Positions 1 to 12,405 of a stretch of DNA of 64,000 nt are shown here, piece by piece (position 1 is the stretch's first letter; the number at the start of each line of letters is the position of its first letter). Source of the stretch: Anthoceros angustus (taxonomy: Eukaryota; Plantae; Anthocerotophyta); contig MU008163.1 of assembly GCA_010909165.1 (NCBI GenBank), positions 1,860,001 through 1,924,000 on the forward strand. Reading direction: 5' to 3'. Position numbers and translations under genes: made by a program. The notes beneath the pieces were generated by a model. It was given only the letters and a program-made list of their open reading frames with translations. It ran no database searches and was not told the origin of the DNA.

Positions 1-223
1 CATGTGTTGGTAACCGATGGTTAATCAGGAGGCTTACATTTGACATATACAGCCGAGCATAGAAATGATGCTTGTTGCACTCAGTCCTTTCCACACGCAG
101 GCTAACAACATGGGGCTGAAGAAAACACAATGCACAGTTAGTAATGCTCACTTTTCACATCTGGCTCACAAGGAATATTCATTCATACTAGGCACAACGT
201 TATTCACACAAAGGATTATTTCT

Positions 224-1522
224 TACCCGGTAGCCCAGCCTAAGCAGGGACAGCAGTTGACAAGGCCCAATAGTGGTGGTCTCATGTTCTTCGTCAAGCA
301 CATCAGACGCATCCCAGTCTTGCCAATAGCTGCCGGGTCTCAAGCGCAACTGTCGAAACCATAATGCTGACAGATCGACATGATCCTTGACCTCTCCCTG
401 CATCAGTATCATGGTCCGAACCTGAAGAAAGTTCCTAGACACTGGACACTTGTACGCTTGAGACCTGCATTAAGCACGGACAGAGTGTGAGCAACGGAGT
501 GTTGAACGATATTAACAAGCTTCACCCAGTGGAAAAGAAAGAGTTGCAAATGACAGTACAGGGTGTCAAAATGATCAGCTCGAGGGCTCAGAAGTTGCGA
601 CCTGCTCTCGATAGGAATCTGCAAACAAGCATCCAAAAAGAAATCAGACGCCCTTCAAGCCCTTAGAACACGAAGTCTTTCCTGCACATCCAGCTCTTGC
701 GCGTGAGCAAAACGCTAAAAACAAGCTCATTGTCAGTGCTAAAAACATCCACTTCCGCCTGCTCCACATCAGAGAGGCCAACCCAGGAAGACGTAACACA
801 ATCAAGAGCAAAAGCCTAGGCCAGAAAGCTTGCCATACCTCAAACAGAGTAGCTATTCTAGAGGCCTCTGATGAATCAACTTTTATCATGACAGACACGA
901 GCCTGCTCTTCTGGCAAATCAGAAGTTCGTATTAGTCCACAATGACCTAGTCAAAGTATTCCTACAAAATCACAACTTCCCTCAACACAGTTGACAATGG
1001 GCAATAGAACGGAAAACATACTTTGAACAAGCTGACTCCAACAGTGTAAGTATCCTTCAAACAGGTAAAAACGCGAATGGTTTCAACCTGAACAAAACAC
1101 AATGCGTTGTCAGTATCTCGGATCTCATTTTCTTGTGTATATTCACTCACACAAGGGACAATATTCTCTTTACACGCAGGTTCATTCGTTACCTGGAAAC
1201 CCGCCCCTGCAAGTGTCACAAGCTCGACAATTCCAAAGAGTGGGTTCTCAGCCTTTTCGGAAAATTGGAAGCACACCCTAAACCCGCAGATGCTCTTCCA
1301 CTGGGACGACAATCCCACCCTGGGAGCAAGTAGCTTTTGCTTTGCTCCCGTCCATGAGGACCTCAAACTCTCCACCCTGCTGTTCAGGGACGCAGAGATA
1401 CCGATCCTGGGCCTGGAACAAATCCTGGCCGAAGACCAGAAACTGTAATAGGTTCTGGTCCCTGCTTTGCAATAATCCTGAGCTGCAAAGCCCACCACCG
1501 GGACGGCGTTCATGGATGCCAT
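224..1522 (-). CDS. Spliced gene of unknown product, 3' end probably beyond the left edge; N-terminus resembles a plastid transit peptide
   Basis: ATG at 1522 directly follows a ttccag acceptor and starts a Ser/Arg/Ala-rich MASMNAVPVVG... sequence. Several GT-AG-bounded open segments follow (VETIRVFTCLKDTYTVGVSLFK; KSRLVSVMIKVDSSEASRIATLFE; SQAYKCPVSRNFLQ; LRLRPGSYWQDWDASDVLDEEHETTTIGPCQLLSLLRLGYR ending at a gtaaga donor). The exon chain is not fully resolved and the family is not recognised. Confidence 0.5.
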
Positions 1523-1825
1523 CTGGAACAGAGTTGTCATTTCCAATACCAACAACAGATGTGTCAGGAATCTCCACATTACCTCAGTCCACAGCAAAAG
1601 TGTGCTCACTCAGCTCACACAATCCAACATTGCTCAAACCAGCCCAGATGGTGCCGCACGGGGCGGCACCAATTGGGTTGGTGTGAAGCTCTTGCACGCA
1701 AGACACACGGCCAGTAGCCATAGTTGGCATGTCCAGACTCATGGAAGTGCTTCCGCCGGCAACCAAAGTGTTTCCGAGCATCGTCACACTCTCCCGATCA
1801 TGGGGTCAGTTATCCTTTCTAATTC

Positions 1826-1960
1826 CAAAGCAAAAACCTTCCCTAGCTAACAAAGTTACGTTTTAAAAAACTTAACCACTTTAAACCTATTTCAAAAGCA
1901 AAAACCTTCCCTAGCTAACAAACTTTAGGCTTTAAAAAACTTAACAACTATAAACCTATT
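1826..1960. repeat. Two-copy tandem repeat, about 70-bp unit
   Basis: aaagcaaaaaccttccctagctaacaaa...tttaaaaaacttaac...taaacctatt occurs twice in succession. Confidence 0.85.
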
Positions 1961-2454
1961 GAATAAGAGCTTTGGAAGAAGGTGTTGCACACAAAGACTT
2001 GGAGGCCTAGTGGCCATAGTTAGCACTGTCCACATTTCCATGAAGTGCTTCCTCCGACAACCAATCTGTTGCCTACCATCACTTACTGCAAACTCAATAA
2101 GAGGTGTAGGAGAATTCTCACACAAGGTCACATATACACAATGATCGCATCACACTAAATCATATACATACAATGATCCATCATACAAGGTTACAATAAT
2201 TATATTCAAGGCTGGATACGAAGATCTTATATTAACTATGTGAGATACTGATCTTACACGATATATAATGATGTCACCCTGGAACCCACCTATGATAATC
2301 CCACACCAAGAAAATTAGCGCCGCCCACGAAAGATGTCACCCCGGAACCCACCTACCATGATCGCACACCAACAAAATCAGTGGACGCACACAAATGCTC
2401 ATCAACATAGTGATTTTACGCACGAAGTATACAGCATGTCAAAAGAAGAGCAAA

Positions 2455-3180
2455 GTTTGACCTTGGGAAGTAGCGATTGAGCAGGGTCTGACCTCGGGCA
2501 ATAGGGAGTAAGCAGGGTCTGACCTCAGACAACAAGGATTGAGCAGAGTCTAACCTCAGACAATAGGGACTTGAACTCGGGCAAAAGGGACTTGAACTTG
2601 GGCAATAGGGACTTGACCTTGGGCTATAGGATTTGACCTCGGGCAGTAGCGCCTAACCTCAGGGTTAAGGAGTAAGAAAGGTCTGACCTCGGGAAGTAGC
2701 GACTTAGCAGGGTCTAACCTCGGGGCAATAGGGACTTGAACTCGGGCAGTAGGGACTTGGGGTTAGGAAGTGAGCAAGCTCTGAGCTCGGGAAGTAGGTA
2801 CTGAGCAGAATTTGACCTCGGGCAATAGGGACTTGAACTCGGGGCACCTCAGGGCAATAGGGACTTGAACTCGGGCACCTCGAAGCAATAGGGACTTGAA
2901 CTCGGGCACCTCGGGGCAATAGAGACTTGAACTCGGGCACCTCGGGGCAATAGGGACTTGAACTCGGGCACCTCGGGGCAATAGGGACTTGAACTAGGGA
3001 CTTGGGGTTAGGAAGTGAGCAAGCTCTGAGCTCGGGAAGTAGGTACTGAGCAGAATTTGACCTCGGGCAATAGGGACTTGAACTCGGGCAGTAGAGACAT
3101 GAACTCGGGCAGTAGGGACATGACCTTGGGTTATGGGATTTGACTTCGGGTAACGGGGCGTGACCTTGGGGTTTTCTCCT
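2455..3180. repeat. Minisatellite array (core gggcaatagggacttgaactc, often plus gggcacctc to give 30 bp) with a higher-order duplication
   Basis: The core recurs many times. A cassette ggggttaggaagtgagcaagctctgagctcgggaagtaggtactgagcagaattt occurs twice, at about 2759 and 3005. Confidence 0.9.
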
Positions 3181-3677
3181 GACCACCCTTACTTATGACT
3201 TAGAGAGCACCTGCACAGTGATTTCAAGCACCAAGAACACGGCACGTCAAAGAACAACAGGGTTTGACCCAATAGAGACTGACCTCGAGTGTGTTCTCAT
3301 AACCTTCATTTATGACTTCTAAAGGAACCCACAATTATGAATTCTAGAATGGCGTAAAATCGGTGTGGTACACTCTTGCGCAATGATCTCACATAAAAAA
3401 ATGGGCTGTCACAAAACACAGAGATAAGGCATGACACAACACACAAAAATGGGCGCATCGCAGAACAGCAAGGACTGACTTCGGGCTTTTTTGCTCTTCA
3501 TTCATGACTTTGCGTATTTATAGTGGAAACACTAATAGTTCTCTTAACAATTGCATTAATAACTTAACACAAGATTGTTAACTTGACTTCTTTACCATTT
3601 GAATTTCGTGAAATAGTCAAAAAAATCAACGTTCTTAAATAGTAAGTTCTTTATTGATAAAATCTTAACACACATGT

Positions 3678-3825
3678 ATGGCGTATAATCTGTGTTGCAC
3701 ACTCTTCTACAATGATCTCACACATGAATGACGTAAAATCTATGTGGCGCACTCTTCTACAATGATCTCACACATGAATGGCGTAAAATCTATGTGACGC
3801 ACTCTTCCACAATGATCTACACATA
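3678..3825. repeat. 50-bp tandem repeat, three copies, with a related copy at about 3349
   Basis: Units resemble atggcgtaaaatctatgtggcgcactcttctacaatgatctcacacatga. Confidence 0.85.
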
Positions 3826-4394
3826 AAAATACCGGCCAAATCACCATGACATCATACACAGCATCTTACACAAAAATCTCACACATTAAACAAAACCGGC
3901 CATATCACCATGACCTCACACATAGCATAGTTGTGCATCACAAAAAACAGAGATTGAACTCCATTGGATAAAACTCAGACTTTTATAGAATCTTTTCCCT
4001 CATTTAAAAATTACATAATATTTAGAGTGGACCAAAACACTAACATGTTAAGAATGTTTAGTTAGCATTCAAGTAAGCGTGAAAAGTCATCAAATAGTCT
4101 AAAGATCCACAACCCAATTTTTAATATTTTTATCAAAAGATATTGTTCATTTTCAAGAATGATGATTGATTAATTAGGCTTTGGAAAATCAACTAAGCAA
4201 CTGGAAGGAGATCTTTGACTACAAAAAATTCAAGGAGGATTTAGTGTCACTAACATGGGGAGTTTCACCTATTTAGGCTGGACAGAAGTGGAAGACTTAT
4301 TCATGGGTACATTCTAGAGAGAGTATGAACCCTTGTATACTTTAGACTTGGATTCAGGGTAAATAAAAGTGACTTTCTGGCGGATGCGGGGCGA

Positions 4395-4780
4395 TGGAGC
4401 GCGGTGCGAGTGCACATGTAGGTGCGGGTGCGGGTGTGGGTGCGGGTGCGGGTGCGGGGCGCGGTGAGTGCAGGCGGTGGGCGGTGCAGTGCAGGCGGGC
4501 GGGCGCGGTGCAGTGCAGGCGGGCGGGCGCGGTGCGAGTGCAGGCGGGCGGGCGCGGTGCAGTGCAGTGGCGGGCACGTGTGGTGCAACGATGGCGGAAT
4601 ACCGTGTGAGTGCGGGTGCAACGGGGGAATGGAGCGGGTGCGGGGCCCAGGGTCTGCGGATCTCAACGCGAGGGGAGGGAGAGGTCCGGTGGGAGCAGGT
4701 GTGGGTGCGGCGTGGGGAGGTGCGGAGGCGGTGTGGGTGCGGGTGTGGTGCGGGCGGGCGCGGTGCAGGGGCCCGCCAGG
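4395..4780. repeat. GC-rich low-complexity repeats (gtgcgg; gtgcaggcgggcgggcgcg), possibly the 5' region of the adjacent retroelement
   Basis: Repeats are directly visible. The overlapping ORFs here are low-complexity artefacts. Confidence 0.75.
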
Positions 4781-5259
4781 CCCGCTGGCCCTATCCTTGC
4801 AAGCCTTGGCTTTTGGGCGCTCCCGGGTTCGCCGAGGTGCACGGACATGACGGCCCGCGCACGAGCCTGGGCTCCAACTCCGTGTCCACCGGTCCGGCAA
4901 GGTGTAGCATTTTTTTGGCGAGGGGCGTAAGGTAGGTGTGGTTTTTGTGGAGCCAATTTTGCGGGTAAGATGTCGTTTTTGGCGGCGTTCCTGGGCAGCT
5001 GTAGTTTTGCGATGTTGCAGGGCAGATGTATTTTTACGAGGTAGTAGGGCAAGTCGACTTGGGAAGTAGTCAAGGTGCATTTAAGCAGTGGTGGGATCTG
5101 GTGTACGTGTTGCTGTTACAGCGCAGATGGTTTTGTTTTCTTGGTTTGGGGCGTTGTAGTTAATTGTTCTCCACGACATGGAGTGGTTCTCTTTTGGACA
5201 TTTTTCAGGTTCTTCTCTCTTTTTGCCATGAGGCACCTCCCCTCTTCCGCGTCTGTGAC

Positions 5260-6540
5260 AAACACTCCTTGTCCCGTGTGCAGGAACTTATTCAAACCTC
5301 GGAAAGAGGAATCACATTGGTCTCATACACAAGGACTTCGATTGGACAACTTGGGAGGCTCAACTGTGGCTTGCTTCTTCCTCTATTGCTTTCCTATCAA
5401 CGGATACCTCCTTTGCGCCTTCTCCGGAGTCTTGGCAGTGGTTACGGGGGCAATCTAATCATCTTCTGGCTTAACACAAAGCACGTTTCCCGAGACCACG
5501 CCTTTTTTGACGGCTCCCGTGGGGCCTTCAGGATGACGTCCACCTTGCTTATCACTTTTCCTTGGAGCACCTCGTGGTAGAACCCTGGGATGAGGCTGCT
5601 TGGGCTTTGTTCCTTTTTCTCCCTTGGTGGTGCCTTTGTTGCGCTTGAGGCAGTTTTTCTGGCCGTCGGGAGGTCGCCTCTCGTCTTCGTAGATTCCGGG
5701 CCGGGGATTGGGAGATTCTGCAGGAGGAGACTGGGTGCGTTGCGAGATCTAGGTTGGACTCTACTATGGTGGATCAGGTTCGTCCAAACCCCGTGAAGGT
5801 GGGTCTCAAAAGGTGCCTCTTGCTGGGCCGCGGTAGGGAGTATGCTAGGGCTACTCGCGCTCTTCGCCTAGAGCTGTGGGACTAGCTTCCGAACAGACTA
5901 TCGCTACTCTTCGCGCCCTTCATCCGGGCCTGGGGACTCCATTTCAAAATATATTTCGGAACGTCATCCCCAAGGAACGCTTTTGTCTCGACAGGGCGGT
6001 CTTCGGCCAAGCTCTTACCACTGCCACCTCGTCTTTTTTTGAGCGGTCTGTCCGAAAACGGTCTATGACCACCTCCGGGACCACTTTACTCCTGAGGATC
6101 CCTTTATCGGTTTTTTCGAGCTGTTTCTTTTAGCGGCCACTATGTCAAGGGGGGAGACTCTTCCTAGGATTTCTCAGGTTTTGGCTGCGAGTAAATTACA
6201 GGCTATGAGGAAGATCACCCCTGGGGTGCGCCGGCCCTATCGCCGTAGGGGAAGCATTTTGGCAGCTTGTTTTCCCTATCATTGCCATCTAGCTCCGAGA
6301 GTAGTTCCAAGCTCATCTTAGTCCCCACCAATTTGGGATTGCTACTTGAGGGGGGAGGGAAAGGGGGGGCACAAGATGGTGGTTTTTGGGGTTGAGACAG
6401 TTCTTGAGATCCATCCGGATTGGGTTGCACTTTAGATCAACGTTGATAATGCCTTCAACATTGTCTCCAGGGCGGCCATCTTCGACGAGTTCAAGAGCGA
6501 AGGTGTGCAGCTTGTCACCCTTATTCCTTTTGCCCGAACG
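5260..6540 (+). mobile_element. Decayed non-LTR retrotransposon fragment, CRE/RLE-clade-like, with Zn-finger remnant and N-terminal part of the reverse transcriptase
   Basis: Frameshifted, stop-interrupted motifs occur in the expected order: CPVCRNLF (about 5270), EYARATRAL...TIATLRALHP (5840-5925), ASKLQAMRK..PG.RPIAVGEAFWQLVS (6190-6270), HLSPHQFGIA (6315-6345), HPDWVAL*INVDNAFNIVSRAAIFDEF (6410-6495). No YADD-type motif is seen after 6540. Confidence 0.7.
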
Positions 6541-6569
6541 GGCATGGGCTCACACAAGCTCATGAAAAC

Positions 6570-7500
6570 ATGGAGAGCGATTCAGACATGGACGAGGAAG
6601 GGCGCCGCTGTGTGAAGGCAATAGTGGCGACCAAGATTACAATCCCGGGCCGTTGGGAATGGTGTCTATCAGCTCCTATAGAAGGGGCCGATGTGACCGA
6701 TGCACAAGCTGCAGATGCTGCAGAGGAGGCGGTTGGGGACAGTAAAAGGCACGGCGCCAGCGCGCAATACATCCAGGAGTGCACGAAGACCCTTGCGCCC
6801 AAACCCGCCGTAAGCCATAGCTGCACGTTGGACGACGTTACCTTAGAAGGTTACCATGATGTACTATTGGTAGAAGTTGAAGAGAACGAATTCGAATTTC
6901 AGAGCCCGCAGGAGAACATTAAGAAACTTGAAGCTATCAACATCGTACCTGACAACCAGAAGACAGCATCTGTGTGGTCTAATTTTGTGAAGCATGTGAA
7001 GAGTGCAGAGAAGGAGCCTGAAACACTGTACCCTCCTAAACGACTCAAACAGCTGTTCATCTTCAACCAGTCGAGCAGGACTTGGAGGGTAACAAACAGA
7101 GCAAGCAAAAGTTGATAGACCTGCTGAGGAAAAGCTGGAGGCACAGGTCTTTCTGGCCATGGAGGCCATTGCACTAACGTTGAAGAGTTCAACGCTCTGT
7201 GCCCCATCCTAACCTCTCCTTTCTTAATCCGAGATTCGCCTATCTTGGAGGCCTTTAGTCTTGAACCTTGAATCAGGACTGGAGAGCACAGCCAATGGAG
7301 GACTGGAATTGTCTTGAACCTTGAATCAGGATCTGCGCTCCTGACAGCTGTAGGCAACCTCCTTGACTGTAGGCTGCCGCCTTGCTCTTTTTAAGACAAA
7401 AGGGCATAAAGTATGCGCAATTCGACAGCCGCAGTCCAGCCACAAGTCTGTGTGCAGAAACATTCTGTGTGAGAGAAGTGTGACGAAAATTGCTATTCAG
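6570..7500 (+). mobile_element. 181-aa acidic ORF plus downstream degenerate sequence, possibly a hAT transposase remnant
   Basis: ORF 6570-7115 contains SVWSNF. Downstream frames give RPLH, SFLNPRF and PATSLCAETF, weakly like hAT PLH..A.FLNPRF and PATS..SER.FS. The resemblance is weak. Confidence 0.3.
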
Positions 7501-7777
7501 ATCCCCGACCTTCTGATCAAAACACGAAGCAAATCCGATCAAGTCACTGCACTGCTCGCTCGTCGGCACGCTAACTGCTGCTGCGCTTCTCGCGCAAAGG
7601 AGAGGCGAAGACAACCAAGTTAAAGTCTCTTCCGACAAGAGCCAGGCTTGTTAGTTAAGCACGTTTCCCCATAAAAAGGAGACGTACTCTACTGCCGCGT
7701 ATTAGGGTTTCTTCACGTCTCATTTTGTGCAGAGCTCGAGGTCTCAGATCGGGCACGCACAGGCATCGGCGGGAGCA

Positions 7778-9204
7778 ATGTCTTCTGCCCTCGATCCCTT
7801 CTATCTTGTGAAAGAGGAGATACAGGATTCGGTGAGTACGTCTGTCTTTAGTGTTGAAGGATTGCTGGTGAAGTGTTCTTAGTGGCTAACACTTGGCTGT
7901 TCTTTCCCGTGTACTGCAGGCCAGCAAGCTGCAGAAACAGTTCGAGCAATGGCAGCAGATGCATCCTGGTCTGCAAGAGACTATGCAGCTAGCAAAGCAG
8001 CTTCTTTCAGGATGTGAAAGCATTGAGTGGCAGGTGAGACATTTTGCCGCCTCCTTGTCTTGGTTGTGGCTGCTACAGTCTAGTCAGTCTGCTGCCTGGT
8101 GGTGGTGAATTGAGGGGATTCCTCGGTAGGTATGCAGAGCAGGGGGTGATGAGGGGGTCCAGATGGATGTCTTCCTGGTAGTCCAGCTTTTGAAATGAGT
8201 TGGGCCAATTGCAGATTTCTCCAAGGCAGAGCCTGCCCTTCCCGGTTGTTGAGGAGCGGGGTTTTGGGGTGGGAAGGTGGATGAACTTGATAGGGCCATT
8301 ACCGTGGCAGAGAGAGATCCAGCAAAGTTCAGTGTGGATGCTGTTGAGATTGGCCGCAGAAGAAAATGGACCAGCTCTACTCGTGCTCAGGTGAGTTTTA
8401 GCTGTTTCAAGTCTCGCAGTGCGAGTGACTGGTATGATTGCTGTTGCACATGCACTTAGTTCGGTGTTTGCTCAGGTGTCAACGGTGAGGAAGGCTGTGC
8501 AAGCCGCTACCCCGAGAAAATCAAGTGCAGCCGCCACCAACAGACGGGAGCTCATGAGGATGGCGGATGACCGTGTTGGCCCCAAGGCCAACCAGGCAGT
8601 GGTACGGGACAACGAGAATTTTGTGGCGAATGAAAGCGACAGACAGGCTCTCATCATGAAGTAAGCTCTTGAATCAATCTCACAGCGATGAGTCGGCTGC
8701 TTCTCTCCTTCTTGTGATGGAAGTATACATCGCTAATGTTTCAGGGAGCAGGATGAGGATTTGGACGACTTGAGTGCCAGCGTCGAGCGTATCGGTGGAA
8801 TTGGTCTGACGATACATGAAGAGCTTTCTGGCCAGGTAGCTGTCGGTTGTCATGTCTTTCATGCCTTCTTTTCCAATGCAGCGTTCAAGCTGATCAGCTC
8901 TTCTTACGGAAACTTGAGTAAGTATTTTGTGGAATCGCAGGAACGACTTATAGACGAACTGGGCCATGATGTGGAGAGCACAGCCAATCGTTTGGACTTC
9001 GTCCAGGTAATGTCTCCATTGTTTCGTATGGAACACTGGCTTCAGATGTCATGACTCTCTGACGACTTGACCACATCAACGAATCTGGTTTTGCAGAAAA
9101 AGCTGGAGGTACTATTGAAGAGGGTAGGGGTGAAGGGCCAGATCGGAATGATTGGATTCCTGATTGCTCTCCTTCTCATTTTGATATGGCTGGTGTTTAA
9201 TTGA
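7778..9204 (+). CDS. SYP61: Syntaxin-6 family Qc-SNARE (SYP61), 7 exons
   Basis: Exons 7778-7831, 7920-8033, 8277-8390, 8476-8660, 8745-8835, 8941-9006, 9097-9204, all GT-AG and in phase. Protein has DPFYLVKEEIQ (Syntaxin-6 N), the SNARE motif EQDEDLDDLSASVERIGGIGLTIHEEL and a C-terminal transmembrane helix. Confidence 0.95.
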
Positions 9205-9680
9205 ATAGCAAACCCTTCCTAATTTGGGTGAAGTCCTAGTGAAACGGAAGGGTTTCTTTAATAGGATGGTCTGTTCACTATGTAAGGAGCATTTCAGGTT
9301 TCCGTTTTTAGGCTTTTTTCTTTTTCAAGGTGCGAATGCCGTAATTACTTGTGTCCCAAGTTCTCTGGCTGTTCACTATTATTATTCCCGAGACACTAAT
9401 GTTCCCGCGACGATGCGGGGGATTAGCTTTCTTGGCGATCAAGAAAGCTTGTCCCCGCCTCCCCCGCCCCCCCTACTCCTTGTTGCTGGTCCGGGTTTTT
9501 GCTGTCGTCGCCTTTGCCTCGCTACGGGCTTTCGTTGCAATTCTCCGTATGCACAGAAAAGTCGCGTTGTCTCGAAAAAAACAATGTTCGAAAAAACAAA
9601 ATGTTCCCTCGACAATAATCTCCTGACGAAGACGAAATAATTTCCTGACGAACGCCAAGGCGTGCGAGCAAATTTCCGCC

Positions 9681-12065
9681 ATGGGTGCGTCTTCCTCTAC
9701 CGGGGCTGGAGCCTCTGAGCCCGAGAGCCTGAGCGGGGACCTGATTCTCTTGCAGACAGCTTTCAAGGATCTTGTAGGATTTGGCGCGGGAACGAGAGCT
9801 CCTAGTATTGCCGCTCACGATCTGCAGGCGAGGCAGCAACCCGATCTTGGCCTGTTCTGAATCTGACCGTTCTGCAGCAATTGGCTGCAATTTCGTAGTG
9901 GTAGCAATTTCGCAGCAATTCCGCACATCAGCACGGGATGGTAGATTTTGGAGCTCACGACCCCGCTCTGTCCTGTGAAGCAGAATTGTTTCAACATCCG
10001 CACTTTGGCGTTCAAGGAAGCGCCTGGTGCTGCGGAAGGGAAAGCTCGTGATGCAGAAAAGTTCGCGAGGGAGAAGCTAGGAGCTGCGGTTGCGGAGAAG
10101 GTGTTCGGCGTGACAGGAGATGCGGTGTTGGAGTGGGAGGGGTTTTTGAAGGGGTTTGAACGTTGTTGCAAACAGGATCTAGGGGCAATTAGGTTGAATT
10201 TGCTCCTCTCGTTGTTGTCTCGCCTGAGCAAAGGCGGGGGAGAGCCTGCTGATTTTTCCACGACCAGTTGTGTCAGTCGTGAGGATCCAGAGGAAATTGG
10301 TGATGGAGACGTCAGTGTGGATGACTTTCGAGAGTTTTTGAAGGTTTGCTGGCTGATGACGTGTTTTGTAGAGCTTAAGAGTTTGTATGGGTTTAATTAC
10401 GCAGAGCTTCTTCGTTTAGAAGCACCAGATGTTGAGCTCCTATCTGCTGCAGCTCAATTCGCTGTGAAATCAGGTAGAGTGAAATCTGAGTGTTGAGGAC
10501 TGTGTTGTCGGTAATTATCTTTCCCATGACCATGAATATCGTCAAAATGCTGCCTAAGAGTGCTTTTGGTTTTGTAGGCCCTGAAAGTGCTGGAAGACTC
10601 CCGCTTAAGGCCCTACATGCTTGGATCCTTTCGGCAATTCCAGGACTCACTAATTGCCTATCTCAGTACGTTTTGGCACAGCTGGAACGTGTTGCTGAGG
10701 TGGGACATTCACTTGTACAGCTGGTTCTGTATAGATAGTGGGGTTTCGGCAACATTTGACTCGGTTGCATGTGTGTCAGACTGCTGAGAAGAATATCCAG
10801 TTACTGAAGAAGTCGGGATTTAGCGAAAATATGCATTCTAAGGAGTTGGTTGAATCCGTTAAACCAGGTCTATTGACTGCAGGCACTGCTTGGGCGGTAG
10901 GCCTGTCTCAAGGAGAGACAACCGTTGGGCGGGAGCTTGTCAAAGCAAGTACGCTAATTGGAGTTTGCTCTTGTTCCCAGCTGGACCTGCTCTACAGGTG
11001 CCTCTTTTAATCGTTCCAGTCCAGAAGCATTCCTGCAGGTACTGATCAGAGAAGCTCGGAGTCTCGGCTTACGCTGTCAAGGTATTTTGCAGGTCTTCCA
11101 TTGACGGCAAGAGTCTGAACAGATTCTGGACCCAAGTTCAAGGTTATGAAGGTCCAATTTTGTTGCTTATTGCTGCGAAGTCAGTGGAAGACTCCCTACA
11201 GTCACAAACAGAGACCCCGACACAGGAAAGGTGGGTCATCGGGGCGCTCGTGCCTGGCGGGTTCGTAAACAAGGAGACATACTACGGTGGCAGTTCTTGC
11301 TGCCTTTTTGGTGCGAAGCCGATTTTCCTTGCGCATCGTCCAACAGGTATGTACAACTATCTTTCCATGTGCCACAAACAGAACTTTTCCAGAATAGTGG
11401 TGCCAACTAGTGTTGGCCTGGCTTCATGCCATCCTGAACAGACGACATCTATTTAGATGCTGGACATCATATCTGACCAGTGATTTAGGCAGAGACAAAT
11501 GCTTCGTCTACAGCCACCGACACGTTCCAGGCACGGGATACCGAGCACACCCAGTGCCTGAGGGCGTGGCTTTTGGTGGGGAGCTTGGGAATGAGCGAGT
11601 GTGGCTGGATGAAGACTTTGAATGGGTTACGTTGAGGCACCACTCCGTCGATAAAACATATAGTTCAGGACCACTTGTCCCAGAGCAGGTGAGCGTTCTT
11701 CCATCTTGGAATACCTTCTCAAGTTGCTGTTCTTCAATTACTTAAGACCATGCGTAACACTATCCATACCCGGCAAACAGGGCTACGGACCCCTAAAGGG
11801 TGGAGTCTCTGCAGTCGAAGTATGGGGACTTGGTGGGGAGAGAGCCCTAGAAAAGCAGGCTGCATATCTTCGAAGGGAGGACCTCTTCGTAGAACAACGT
11901 CGGAAGGTAGTGAATGCTTTCTTTCTCCGTTTGTACTTATGTCTTATACTCTCTGCGTTTAAGCGACGTCCTGCCTTCCAGGTTGATTTGAAGGACTTCG
12001 GAGTAGAAAAGGTGATGATGGAGATGCTGTCAGATCCAAACAAAAACGTAAGGGAGGAACGGTAG
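9681..12065 (+). CDS. TLDc-domain protein with likely N-myristoylation (MGASSS), At5g39590-like
   Basis: Starts MGASSS. TLDc motifs LLYR|SSIDGKSLNRFWTQVQGYEGPILLLI, WVIGAL, YYGGSSCCLF, EGVAFGG..GNERVWLDEDF, VEVWGLGG. Ends EQRRK|VDLKDFG..MMEMLSDPN..REER*. Confidence 0.88.
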
Positions 12066-12405
12066 GTGGACACGATACTGCTCTGAACTGTGGGACCTTG
12101 CAAAGTGTAAATTTTAGTGCTGAGCACAACTATGAAGATAAGTTTGAACCGGTTCATTGTGCCACGTGTCCCCCCTCTGCAAGCACGTCTCATTCAGTAT
12201 CAATCTCTTTGTGTTTGGTGAAGCAACCTGCGCACCATCCTACCACGCTGATGTTTTGACAGATTTCTATATGCTGACTTTACGTGACACTGTCAGAGCT
12301 GATATTCTAGAGTCTTGGAAATTAAAGCCAGGGATGTTGAAAGTCCAAACAGGTGCAACACATTTGGGCCAGGAATTGTATTCTCGTCATGGCAGACCTG
12401 CACCA

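Noticed and set aside
4301-5080. 259-aa ORF and overlapping ORFs
   Set aside because: They result from GC-rich simple repeats lacking stop codons and show no domain signal.
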